Shown: positions 50,001 through 62,303, counted from the stretch's first letter. The stretch: 64,000 nt of DNA from Octopus sinensis (GCF_006345805.1 NC_042998.1:128030001-128094000), one strand, 5' to 3'. Notes: generated from the sequence alone by a model not told the origin. Translations and numbers: made by a program.

Positions 50001-53000
50001 TCTAGGCAAGAAAAATATTTCGGGCGGTCCACTTGATGATTCTGCGAATGTGTTGTTCCATCGTTCTTACATCAGTTTTCGACTTATGAGCAGGCTCGGT
50101 TGTGTAGCTAAGAAGTTTGCTTCACAGTCACTGTCTCACTGCGCGACACATGGAACAAATGTGTTCTGCTATATTGTTGAGCCAGCTATCTCACATATTC
50201 TAGGCAAGAAAAATATTTCGGGCGGTCCACTTGATGATTCTGCGAATGTGTTGTTCCATCGTTCTTACATCAGTTTTCGACTTATGAGCAGGCTCGGTTG
50301 TGTAGCTAAGAAGTTTGCTTCACAGTCACTGTCTCACTGCGCGACACATGGAACAATGTGTTCTGCTATATTGTTGAGCCAGCTATCTCACATATTCTAG
50401 GCAAGAAAATATTTCGGGCGGTCCACTTGATGATTCTGCGAATGTGTTGTTCCATCGTTCTTACATCAGTTTTCGACTTATGAGCAGGCTCGGTTGTGTA
50501 GCTAAGAAGTTTGCTTCACAGTCACTGTCTCACTGCGCGACACATGGAACAAATGTGTTCTGCTATATTGTTGAGCCAGCTATCTCACATATTCTAGGCA
50601 AGAAAAATATTTCGGGCGGTCCACTTGATGATTCTGCGAATGTGTTGTTCCATCGTTCTACATCAGTTTTCGACTTATGAGCAGGCTCGGTTGTGTAGCT
50701 AAGAAGTTTGCTTCACAGTCACTGTCTCACTGCGCGACACATGGAACAAATGTGTTCTGCTATATTGTTGAGCCAGCTATCTCACATATTCTAGGCAAGA
50801 AAAATATTTCGGGCGGTCCACTTGATGATTCTGCGAATGTGTTGTTCCATCGTTCTTACATCAGTTTTCGACTTATGAGCAGGCTCGGTTGTGTAGCTAA
50901 GAAGTTTGCTTCACAGTCACTGTCTCACTGCGCGACACATGGAACAAATGTGTTCTGCTATATTGTTGAGCCAGCTATCTCACATATTCTAGGCAAGAAA
51001 AATATTTCGGGCGGTCCACTTGATGATTCTGCGAATGTGTTGTTCCATCGTTCTTACATCAGTTTTCGACTTATGAGCAGGCTCGGTTGTGTAGCTAAGA
51101 AGTTTGCTTCACAGTCACTGTCTCACTGCGCGACACATGGAACAAATGTGTTCTGCTATATTGTTGAGCCAGCTATCTCACATATTCTAGGCAAGAAAAA
51201 TATTTCGGGCGGTCCACTTGATGATTCTGCGAATGTGTTGTTCCATCGTTCTTACATCAGTTTTCGACTTATGAGCAGGCTCGGTTGTGTAGCTAAGAAG
51301 TTTGCTTCACAGTCACTGTCTCACTGCGCGACACATGAACAAATGTGTTCTGCTATATTGTTGAGCCAGCTATCTCACATATTCTAGGCAAGAAAAATAT
51401 TTCGGGCGGTCCACTTGATGATTCTGCGAATGTGTTGTTCCATCGTTCTTACATCAGTTTTCGACTTATGAGCAGGCTCGGTTGTGTAGCTAAGAAGTTT
51501 GCTTCACAGTCACTGTCTCACTGCGCGACACATGGAACAAATGTGTTCTGCTATATTGTTGAGCCAGCTATCTCACATATTCTAGGCAAGAAAATATTTC
51601 GGGCGGTCCACTTGATGATTCTGCGAATGTGTTGTTCCATCGTTCTTACATCGTTTTCGACTTATGAGCAGGCTCGGTTGTGTAGCTAAGAAGTTTGCTT
51701 CACAGTCACTGTCTCACTGCGCGACACATGGAACAAATGTGTTCTGCTATATTGTTGAGCCAGCTATCTCACATATTCTAGGCAAGAAAAATATTTCGGG
51801 CGGTCCACTTGATGATTCTGCGAATGTGTTGTTCCATCGTTCTTACATCAGTTTTCGACTTATGAGCAGGCTCGGTTGTGTAGCTAAGAAGTTTGCTTCA
51901 CAGTCACTGTCTCACTGCGCGACACATGGAACAAATGTGTTCTGCTATATTGTTGAGCCAGCTATCTCACATATTCTAGGCAAGAAAAATATTTCGGGCG
52001 GTCCACTTGATGATTCTGCGAATGTGTTGTTCCATCGTTCTTACATCAGTTTTCGACTTATGAGCAGGCTCGGTTGTGTAGCTAAGAAGTTTGCTTCACA
52101 GTCACTGTCTCACTGCGCGACACATGGAACAAATGTGTTCTGCTATATTGTTGAGCCAGCTATCTCACATATTCTAGGCAAGAAAATATTTCGGGCGGTC
52201 CACTTGATGATTCTGCGAATGTGTTGTTCCATCGTTCTTACATCAGTTTTCGACTTATGAGCAGGCTCGGTTGTGTAGCTAAGAAGTTTGCTTCACAGTC
52301 ACTGTCTCACTGCGCGCACATGGAACAAATGTGTTCTGCTATATTGTTGAGCCAGCTATCTCACATATTCTAGGCAAGAAAAATATTTCGGGCGGTCCAC
52401 TTGATGATTCTGCGAATGTGTTGTTCCATCGTTCTTACATCATTTTCGACTTATGAGCAGGCTCGGTTGTGTAGCTAAGAAGTTTGCTTCACAGTCACTG
52501 TCTCACTGCGCGACACATGGAACAAATGTGTTCTGCTATATTGTTGAGCCAGCTATCTCACATATTCTAGGCAAGAAAAATATTTCGGGCGGTCCACTTG
52601 ATGATTCTGCGAATGTGTTGTTCCATCGTTCTTACATCCGTTTTCGACTTATGAGCAGGCTCGGTTGTGTAGCTAAGAAGTTTGCTTCACAGTCACTGTC
52701 TCACTGCGCGACACATGGAACAAATGTGTTCTGCTATATTGTTGAGCCAGCTATCTCACATATTCTAGGCAAGAAAAATATTTCGGGCGGTCCACTTGAT
52801 GATTCTGCGAATGTGTTGTTCCATCGTTCTTACATCAGTTTTCGACTTATGAGCAGGCTCGGTTGTGTAGCTAAGAAGTTTGCTTCACAGTCACTGTCTC
52901 ACTGCGCGACACATGGAACAAATGTGTTCTGCTATATTGTTGAGCCAGCTATCTCACATATTCTAGGCAAGAAAATATTTCGGGCGGTCCACTTGATGAT

Positions 53001-56000
53001 TCTGCGAATGTGTTGTTCCATCGTTCTTACATCAGTTTTCGACTTATGAGCAGGCTCGGTTGTGTAGCTAAGAAGTTTGCTTCACAGTCACTGTCTCACT
53101 GCGCGACACATGGAACAAATGTGTTCTGCTATATTGTTGAGCCAGCTATCTCACATATTCTAGGCAAGAAAAATATTTCGGGCGGTCCACTTGATGATTC
53201 TGCGAATGTGTTGTTCCATCGTTCTTACATCAGTTTTCGACTTATGAGCAGGCTCGGTTGTGTAGCTAAGAAGTTTGCTTCACAGTCACTGTCTCACTGC
53301 GCGACACATGGAACAAATGTGTTCTGCTATATTGTTGAGCCAGCTATCTCACATATTCTAGGCAAGAAAAATATTTCGGGCGGTCCACTTGATGATTCTG
53401 CGAATGTGTTGTTCCATCGTTCTTACATCCGTTTTCGACTTATGAGCAGGCTCGGTTGTGTAGCTAAGAAGTTTGCTTCACAGTCACTGTCTCACTGCGC
53501 GACACATGGAACAAATGTGTTCTGCTATATTGTTGAGCCAGCTATCTCACATATTCTAGGCAAGAAAAATATTTCGGGCGGTCCACTTGATGATTCTGCG
53601 AATGTGTTGTTCCATCGTTGTTCTTACATCAGTTTTCGACTTATGAGCAGGCTCGGTTGTGTAGCTAAGAAGTTTGCTTCAAAGTCACTGTCTCACTGCG
53701 CGACACATGGAACAAATGTGTTCTGCTATATTGTTGAGCCAGCTATCTCACATATTCTAGGCAAGAAAAATATTTCGGGCGTTCCACTTGATGATTCTGC
53801 GAATGTGTTGTTCCATCGTTCTTACATCAGTTTTCGACTTATGAGCAGGCTCGGTTGTGTAGCTAAGAAGTTTGCTTCACAGTCACTGTCTCACTGCGCG
53901 ACACATGGAACAAATGTGTTCTGCTATATTGTTGAGCCAGCTATCTCACATATTCTAGGCAAGAAAAATATTTCGGGCGGTCCACTTGATGATTCTGCGA
54001 ATGTGTTGTTCCATCGTTCTTACATCCGTTTTCGACTTATGAGCAGGCTCGGTTGTGTAGCTAAGAAGTTTGCTTCACAGTCACTGTCTCACTGCGCGAC
54101 ACATGGAACAAATGTGTTCTGCTATATTGTTGAGCCAGCTATCTCACATATTCTAGGCCAAAAAAATATTTCGGGCGGTCCACTTGATGATTCTGCGAAT
54201 GTGTTGTTCCATCGTTCTTACATCAGTTTTCGACTTATGAGCAGGCTCGGTTGTGTAGCTAAGAAGTTTGCTTCACAGTCACTGTCTCACTGCGCGACAC
54301 ATGGAACAAATGTGTTCTGCTATATTGTTGAGCCAGCTATCTCACATATTCTAGGCAAGAAAAATATTTCGGGCGGTCCACTTGATGATTCTGCGAATGT
54401 GTTGTTCCATCGTTCTTACATCCGTTTTCGACTTATGAGCAGGCTCGGTTGTGTAGCTAAGAAGTTTGCTTCACAGTCACTGTCTCACTGCGCGACACAT
54501 GGAACAAATGTGTTCTGCTATATTGTTGAGCCAGCTATCTCACATATTCTAGGCAAGAAAAATATTTCGGGCGGTCCACTTGATGATTCTGCGAATGTGT
54601 TGTTCCATCGTTCTTACATCCGTTTTCGACTTATGAGCAGGCTCGGTTGTGTAGCTAAGAAGTTTGCTTCACAGTCACTGTCTCACTGCGCGACACATGG
54701 AACAAATGTGTTCTGCTATATTGTTGAGCCAGCTATCTCACATATTCTAGGCAAGAAAATATTTCGGGCGGTCCACTTGATGATTCTGCGAATGTGTTGT
54801 TCCATCGTTCTTACATCAGTTTTCGACTTATGAGCAGGCTCGGTTGTGTAGCTAAGAAGTTTGCTTCACAGTCACTGTCTCACTGCGCGACACATGGAAC
54901 AAATGTGTTCTGCTATATTGTTGAGCCAGCTATCTCACATATCTAGGCAAGAAAAATATTTCGGGCGGTCCACTTGATGATTCTGCGAATGTGTTGTTCC
55001 ATCGTTCTTACATCCGTTTTCGACTTATGAGCAGGCTCGGTTGTGTAGCTAAGAAGTTTGCTTCACAGTCACTGTCTCACTGCGCGACACATGGAACAAA
55101 TGTGTTCTGCTATATTGTTGAGCCAGCTATCTCACATATTCTAGGCAAGAAAAATATTTCGGGCGGTCCACTTGATGATTCTGCGAATGTGTTGTTCCAT
55201 CGTTCTTACATCCGTTTTCGACTTATGAGCAGGCTCGGTTGTGTAGCTAAGAAGTTTGCTTCACAGTCACTGTCTCACTGCGCGACACATGGAACAAATG
55301 TGTTCTGCTATATTGTTGAGCCAGCTATCTCACATATTCTAGGCAAGAAAATATTTCGGGCGGTCCACTTGATGATTCTGCGAATGTGTTGTTCCATCGT
55401 TCTTACATCAGTTTTCGACTTATGAGCAGGCTCGGTTGTGTAGCTAAGAAGTTTGCTTCACAGTCACTGTCTCACTGCGCGACACATGGAACAATGTGTT
55501 CTGCTATATTGTTGAGCCAGCTATCTCACATATTCTAGGCAAGAAAAATATTTCGGGCGGTCCACTTGATGATTCTGCGAATGTGTTGTTCCATCGTTCT
55601 TACATCAGTTTTCGACTTATGAGCAGGCTCGGTTGTGTAGCTAAGAAGTTTGCTTCACAGTCACTGTCTCACTGCGCGACACATGGAACAAATGTGTTCT
55701 GCTATATTGTTGAGCCAGCTATCTCACATATTCTAGGCAAGAAAAATATTTCGGGCGGTCCACTTGATGATTCTGCGAATGTGTTGTTCCATCGTTCTTA
55801 CATCAGTTTTCGACTTATGAGCAGGCTCGGTTGTGTAGCTAAGAAGTTTGCTTCACAGTCACTGTCTCACTGCGCGACACATGGAACAAATGTGTTCTGC
55901 TATATTGTTGAGCCAGCTATCTCACATATTCTAGGCAAGAAAAATATTTCGGGCGGTCCACTTGATGATTCTGCGAATGTGTTGTTCCATCGTTCTTACA

Positions 56001-58499
56001 TCAGTTTTCGACTTATGAGCAGGCTCGGTTGTGTAGCTAAGAAGTTTGCTTCACAGTCACTGTCTCACTGCGCGACACATGGAACAAATGTGTTCTGCTA
56101 TATTGTTGAGCCAGCTATCTCACATATTCTAGGCAAGAAAAAATTTTCGGGCGGTCCACTTGATGATTCTGCGAATGTGTTGTTCCATCGTTCTTACATC
56201 CGTTTTCGACTTATGAGCAGGCTCGGTTGTGTAGCTAAGAAGTTTGCTTCACAGTCACTGTCTCACTGCGCGACACATGGAACAAATGTGTTCTGCTATA
56301 TTGTTGAGCCAGCTATCTCACATATTCTAGGCAAGAAAAATATTTCGGGCGGTCCACTTGATGATTCTGCGAATGTGTTGTTCCATCGTTCTTACATCCG
56401 TTTTCGACTTATGAGCAGGCTCGGTTGTGTAGCTAAGAAGTTTGCTTCACAGTCACTGTCTCACTGCGCGACACATGGAACAAATGTGTTCTGCTATATT
56501 GTTGAGCCAGCTATCTCACATATTCTAGGCAAGAAAAATATTTCGGGCGGTCCACTTGATGATTCTGCGAATGTGTTGTTCCATCGTTCTTACATCAGTT
56601 TTCGACTTATGAGCAGGCTCGGTTGTGTAGCTAAGAAGTTTGCTTCACAGTCACTGTCTCACTGCGCGACACATGGAACAAATGTGTTCTGCTATATTGT
56701 TGAGCCAGCTATCTCACATATTCTAGGCAAGAAAAATATTTCGGGCGGTCCACTTGATGATTCTGCGAATGTGTTGTTCCATCGTTCTTACACATCCGTT
56801 TTCGACTTATGAGCAGGCTCGGTTGTGTAGCTAAGAAGTTTGCTTCACAGTCACTGTCTCACTGCGCGACACATGGAACAAATGTGTTCTGCTATATTGT
56901 TGAGCCAGCTATCTCACATATTCTAGGCAAGAAAAATATTCGGGCGGTCCACTTGATGATTCTGCGAATGTGTTGTTCCATCGTTCTTACATCAGTTTTC
57001 GACTTATGAGCAGGCTCGGTTGTGTAGCTAAGAAGTTTGCTTCACAGTCACTGTCTCACTGCGCGACACATGGAACAAATGTGTTCTGCTATATTGTTGA
57101 GCCAGCTATCTCACATATTCTAGGCAAGAAAATATTTCGGGCGGTCCACTTGATGATTCTGCGAATGTGTTGTTTCATCGTTCTTACATCCGTTTTCGAC
57201 TTATGAGCAGGCTCGGTTGTGTAGCTAAGAAGTTTGCTTCACAGTCACTGTCTCACTGCGCGACACATGGAACAAATGTGTTCTGCTATATTGTTGAGCC
57301 AGCTATCTCACATATTCTAGGCAAGAAAAATATTTCGGGCGGTCCACTTGATGATTCTGCGAATGTGTGTGTTCCATCGTTCTTACATCTTACATCCGTT
57401 TTCGACTTATGAGCAGGCTCGGTTGTGTAGCTAAGAAGTTTGCTTCACAGTCACTGTCTCACTGCGCGACACATGGAACAAATGTGTTCTGCTATATTGT
57501 TGAGCCAGCTATCTCACATATTCTAGGCAAGAAAAATATTTCGGGCGGTCCACTTGATGATTCTGCGAATGTGTTGTTCCATCGTTCTTACATCGTTTTC
57601 GACTTATGAGCAGGCTCGGTTGTGTAGCTAAGAAGTTTGCTTCACAGTCACTGTCTCACTGCGCGACACATGGAACAAATGTGTTCTGCTATATTGTTGA
57701 GCCAGCTATCTCACATTTCTAGGCAAGAAAAATATTTCGGGCGGTCCACTTGATGATTCTGCGAATGTGTTGTTCCATCGTTCTTACATCAGTTTTCGAC
57801 TTATGAGCAGGCTCGGTTGTGTAGCTAAGAAGTTTGCTTCACAGTCACTGTCTCACTGCGCGACACATGGAACAAATGTGTTCTGCTATATTGTTGAGCC
57901 AGCTATCTCACATATTCTAGGCAAGAAAAATATTTCGGGCGGTCCACTTGATGATTCTGCGAATGTGTTGTTCCATCGTTCTTACATCAGTTTTCGACTT
58001 ATGAGCAGGCTCGGTTGTGTAGCTAAGAAGTTTGCTTCACAGTCACTGTCTCACTGCGCGACACATGGAACAAATGTGTTCTGCTATATTGTTGAGCCAG
58101 CTATCTCACATATTCTAGGCAAGAAAAATATTTCGGGCGGTCCACTTGATGATTCTGCGAATGTGTTGTTCCATCGTTCTTACATCAGTTTTCGACTTAT
58201 GAGCAGGCTCGGTTGTGTAGCTAAAAGTTTGCTTCTTCACAGTCACTGTCTCACTGCGCGACACATGGAACAAATGTGTTCTGCTATATTGTTGAGCCAG
58301 CTATCTCACATATTCTAGGCAAGAAAAATATTTCGGGCGGTCCACTTGATGATTCTGCGAATGTGTTGTTCCATCGTTCTTACATCCGTTTTCGACTTAT
58401 GAGCAGGCTCGGTTGTGTAGCTAAGAAGTTTGCTTCACAGTCACTGTCTCACTGCGCGACACATGGAACAAATGTGTTCTGCTATATTGCTGAGCCAGC
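23018..58499 (+). repeat. 198-bp satellite, about 179 head-to-tail copies (35.5 kb), SINE-derived
   Basis: Monomer agctatctcacatattctaggcaagaaaaatatttcgggcggtccacttgatgattctgcgaatgtgttgttccatcgttcttacatc(a/c)gttttcgacttatgagcaggctcggttgtgtagctaagaagtttgcttcacagtcactgtctcactgcgcgacacatggaacaaatgtgttctgctatattgttgagcc. Period 198 (AGC at 23018 and 23216); 179 units counted by hand; copies are nearly identical. Confidence 0.99.
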
Positions 58500-58795
58500 C
58501 CATGCATTGTAAATAAATCTATTGAACGGAAACCCGTTGTATGTATGCATGTGCGCATGTGCGTGTGTACGTGTGTGTATATCTTTGTGCTTTTGTTTGT
58601 CCCCACACTGCTTTGACAGCCGTTGTTAGTTTGTTAAGGTTTCTATGACCTACTGGTTCAGCAAAAGAGACCGATAGAATACGTACCAGACTTAAAAAGG
58701 ATACATATTCGGATCGTTGTGTACGACAAAACCCTTCAAGACGATGCCTCAGCATTGCTGTAGTCCAATGCACGAAACAAATAAAAGGATGAAAG
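58400..58795 (+). mobile_element. tRNA-derived SINE (family C), whose head forms the last satellite unit; B box deleted
   Basis: The head aligns with 15616-15740. The body shares the 19-mer aaaagagaccgatagaata (58663-58681) with the reverse complement of 63579-63597 and is collinear with that copy to the 3' aaaag tail. Confidence 0.85.
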
Positions 58796-58859
58796 AAATA
58801 TGAAGACCTTTGTGAAAGTTATATGAAGTATTAATTGGATCCAAATACATGAAGAATAA

Positions 58860-59150
58860 TGTGTCTTGACATCACGAAAGCAGTGATCCTAAGAATAAGA
58901 AGACATTTTTGTAGGTCCTCACATCAAAAACTTAAGAGTTGAGAGACTTGAAGGGAAGTTACGAATGTTAAAGGATAAAGTTTCAAGATAAAGTTTCATG
59001 TACTTGCGAAACATGTTTGCGGAGTCACAAGCCTGAAAACCATTCAGATATAATAGGTGAGCTTCTTGAATGATATCAAGTAACGAGGCGTAAATATGTC
59101 GATAAAGGTTCGTTTCTTGGAATCATTTCTCAAGCCGTTTTTCATTCAGG
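58860..59150 (+). mobile_element. Chapaev (CMC superfamily)-like transposase fragment, decayed
   Basis: EDIFVGPHIKNL (58905; cf. EGIFVGPQIRKL), LRSHKPENHSDIIGELL (cf. FLGNHKAENY..IV.ELL) and NMSIKVRFLESFL (59093; cf. NMSLKIHFLDSHL). Confidence 0.7.
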
Positions 59151-60339
59151 TATTTCTGCAATGCAAACAACACAAAGTGACAGCTGCTGGATTTTTAAGA
59201 TAGGTATCCCTAAGTGAAGTATAGTAGAAAAACAAACTAAGATACTGTTAAAACAGATTTATTTTTTTCTATCTTATAGCATTTTAATCACATGGGGTAT
59301 TAAAAATTTCGAATGTATAACAAAATGGATTTTTAAAGATTTAATTACATGCTACACAAAAACTTAACCAGGTTGAGAAATTCTATAAACTTCTTTGGAT
59401 ATAGTATAAAAGATATAAGAATCACGAAAAGTTTTTCTTGTTATTTCCAATATTATCAACCATACAGTAACTTCGAAAGCATTAAGATTATATATTATTC
59501 CAGCAATACCATAACTATTAATATCAATCATCATTATCATGGGTGCTAACCATCATTTCGTCCATGTTTCAAACAGGGTGCTTCTCTATGTTCCCTCAAC
59601 ATATTACAAATAACTAATAAATATCTACTGATAGATCTGATTAATTAGAGTAAACATGGAGCTAAACAACAGCAACAAGAACCACTCTCCAATATGGCCA
59701 TCATTCTCCAATACAAATTCTATTCACCGTCTTTGCCATCAAATACAGTCGCCAATAATCCGTCGACCACTATCAGTATCAACACCAACTAAAATAGACA
59801 TGAATATTACATACTAACCACGAACTAAAACCACTGTCACACTACCAGCTATTAATCATTCGAGCCAACGAGGAAGCCTACACACGGTCTTTTGATATGC
59901 TACCAATATTAGTAAAATCTTCCTCAAATCAAAACCTATAGTCTTAAATGAAAAAGACATTGAAGATTGAAGTTAATGATACAAATAATACAAGATGATA
60001 GGAATGTCATAGCTGAAACACTTCTGATCACAGATCTACACAAATGAAGTTGTCCTGGTGCTAAGCAAAACAACCATCGATCACTAAGCTATCATTAAAA
60101 GCAACCTGACCGCCAAGTGGACCATCAACTGTAATCTTAATCCGTTACCAGCTCTAGTAACACCACGTTCTCCTTGGATATTTTCACTTTGTTTCAGCTA
60201 TTCGTGGTCGTGCTTCCAGTTTGAATATAGGCACACTCACTCACCAGTTCCAGAGTCCTTGAAAATGTAAAGGTTTGCGGGCACTACCCTTTCCTCTCTG
60301 AGTAATCAGTAAAAGCAAAATGTTAAGCAATATATAACT

Positions 60340-60560
60340 CATACAGCAACAAACATCTCCACCACGAAAACAACGATTACTACCACAACTGCCAACAACA
60401 AATTGGCCATGGCTGCATCAAAATCGACTTCGACAGCCAACACCAAAATGACCACAGCCGCTACCACCAAAAAAACAATGACCGCCATCACAACGACCAC
60501 GACTTTCAAAGCAAAGAACACCACTATTGGGAGCCCCGCCCACCGACAAAAGCAACGTTA
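60340..60560. repeat. Degenerate (ACA/ACC/AAC)-rich low-complexity tract
   Basis: Trinucleotide-biased sequence producing Thr-rich (+) and Val-rich (-) ORFs. Confidence 0.6.
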
Positions 60561-61490
60561 TCAAATCACAATCACTGATATTACCATTAAATGTCAGAGA
60601 TTGTTACTATTAAAATGTTGACAATGCAACAAGCATTAACAGATGGAGGCTGTCAGAAAGTATGGAACATTTTCTGTAACGCTTCTAGCACACTTCTATA
60701 ATTCAGTATGTCAAAGGTATCCTTCCTATTAAAAATCTTTGTTATTCCGTGAGAACTTACATGTCAAAGACACGATATTATATAGTAATGTATTTACGGT
60801 AAAAATTTCCTTTCCTCATCAAAACTGTTTCCTTCTTGTTCCATTCTTTATAAATATATATTCCCTGATTATTGTGCTTGCTGATTAGTACGTACTAGTG
60901 GTTTATCGTTCTAGATGTAAACACGTATATGTATATATCTGTACAGATTACTCCCGTCTACGTGTGCTGAAAGGCATGTGTGTGTGCGTTAGCGTGCGGA
61001 AATTTTTGTGTCATTTTGCATGTATAAATGTATGTGAGTGTATGTTTTGTATACATAAAGATAAAGAGGAAGTCAAATTTGATAGAAGTCAAATTTGATA
61101 GAAGTAAAAATGTATGTATGTGTATGTGCGGATGGATGATAATTTCATTGACAGGAACTTCGAAGTTTTAACTCTTTCAAGGAGCCTCGACTGCAGGAAT
61201 ATCGAAATCAGTCAATAAAATTAAATATTTGGCGTTTTCCATAAAGTGAGTCCTTTATTTAGTCAATATTTGTTGCTTTTATACCTAGATAGGCACTTTT
61301 TTAACAATCTGTGACCGTTGTAGAATTTGGTAGGGTCACTTCTTTACAGTGTCCTGTGGTTTCATCTCGGGCCAGGATCCTTTAAAATTGAATCTACCAA
61401 TTCCTATCATAAATGTTTACGTGATAAACATAAATTGTCTTATTCTTCTACTCACTCATACACTCTCTAACACATATAAACTTCAATATA

Positions 61491-61536
61491 TATGTGTGTG
61501 AGTGTTTGTGTGTGTGTGAGTGTTTGTGTGTGTGTG

Positions 61537-61581
<45 letters not shown>

Positions 61582-61612
61582 CATATATATATATACATAC
61601 ATATATATATAT
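61491..61612. repeat. Compound (TG)n/(TA)n microsatellite
   Basis: Direct runs. Confidence 0.95.
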
Positions 61613-62228
61613 CTCCTTCAATTTCGTTTACCGGAAAAGTTTTTAAGTATACATATAACAGCTCTTATTTTAGTATGTCGGCTACATCCTGATGATACCA
61701 ACTAGTAATAGCAGTTTTGTGGGGTTGTACCGAACTCTGCTGATTATAATGTCTTAGAACGTTCAGAGAAAATCAACTAAAAGATGGCTGGCTTTCCATC
61801 AAAACTCGAATAAGACAGTTATCCGAATACATCTTTTCGGAATATTCATTCGCTTCACTTTCCAGTCCTTATGGTTTTGTAAACTGTATTCTCATGGAAA
61901 CCGCATTCTCATGGAAACGATAAGTATAGATATCATGATTCATAAATTTATAAATATTTTGATGCATTGCAACGCACATTTCCACAGATCACATGAAATC
62001 ACGTTTCTTACGATCATAGTTTGTATTCGCTGCTTCCAACGTTAATGCCATACCGCCTAAAGAAATGAACGCATGAATATGATCCACTCGATGTCCATAC
62101 ATACAAAGGATTGTATTGAAATCATCCCAGGAATACGGACTATGATCGTAAGAAGCATGTGATATGTGGAAACGCGCGTAGCGATGCATTACGATGTTTA
62201 TAAATTTCATCCATGGATTATTATTAAT

Positions 62229-62230
<2 letters not shown>

Positions 62231-62302
<72 letters not shown>
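62231..62302. repeat. (TG)36 microsatellite
   Basis: Perfect direct run. Confidence 0.98.

Positions 62303-62303
<1 letters not shown>

Noticed and set aside
23018-58499. CRISPR array
   Set aside because: No variable spacers, whole units are identical, the context is eukaryotic, and there are no cas genes.
23018-58499. Strict higher-order repeat period
   Set aside because: The A/C string and rare variants show domains and shared variants but no fixed periodicity by eye.
23082-58512. The ~90 ORFs in the track as separate protein-coding genes or a gene cluster
   Set aside because: All are the same stop-free frame of one 198-bp unit, broken by indels. There is no recognisable domain and half the unit is SINE sequence. 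Kept only as a latent-ORF hypothesis.
60339-60621. Thr-rich mucin-like or Val-rich ORFs
   Set aside because: Degenerate trinucleotide low-complexity tract with no gene context.
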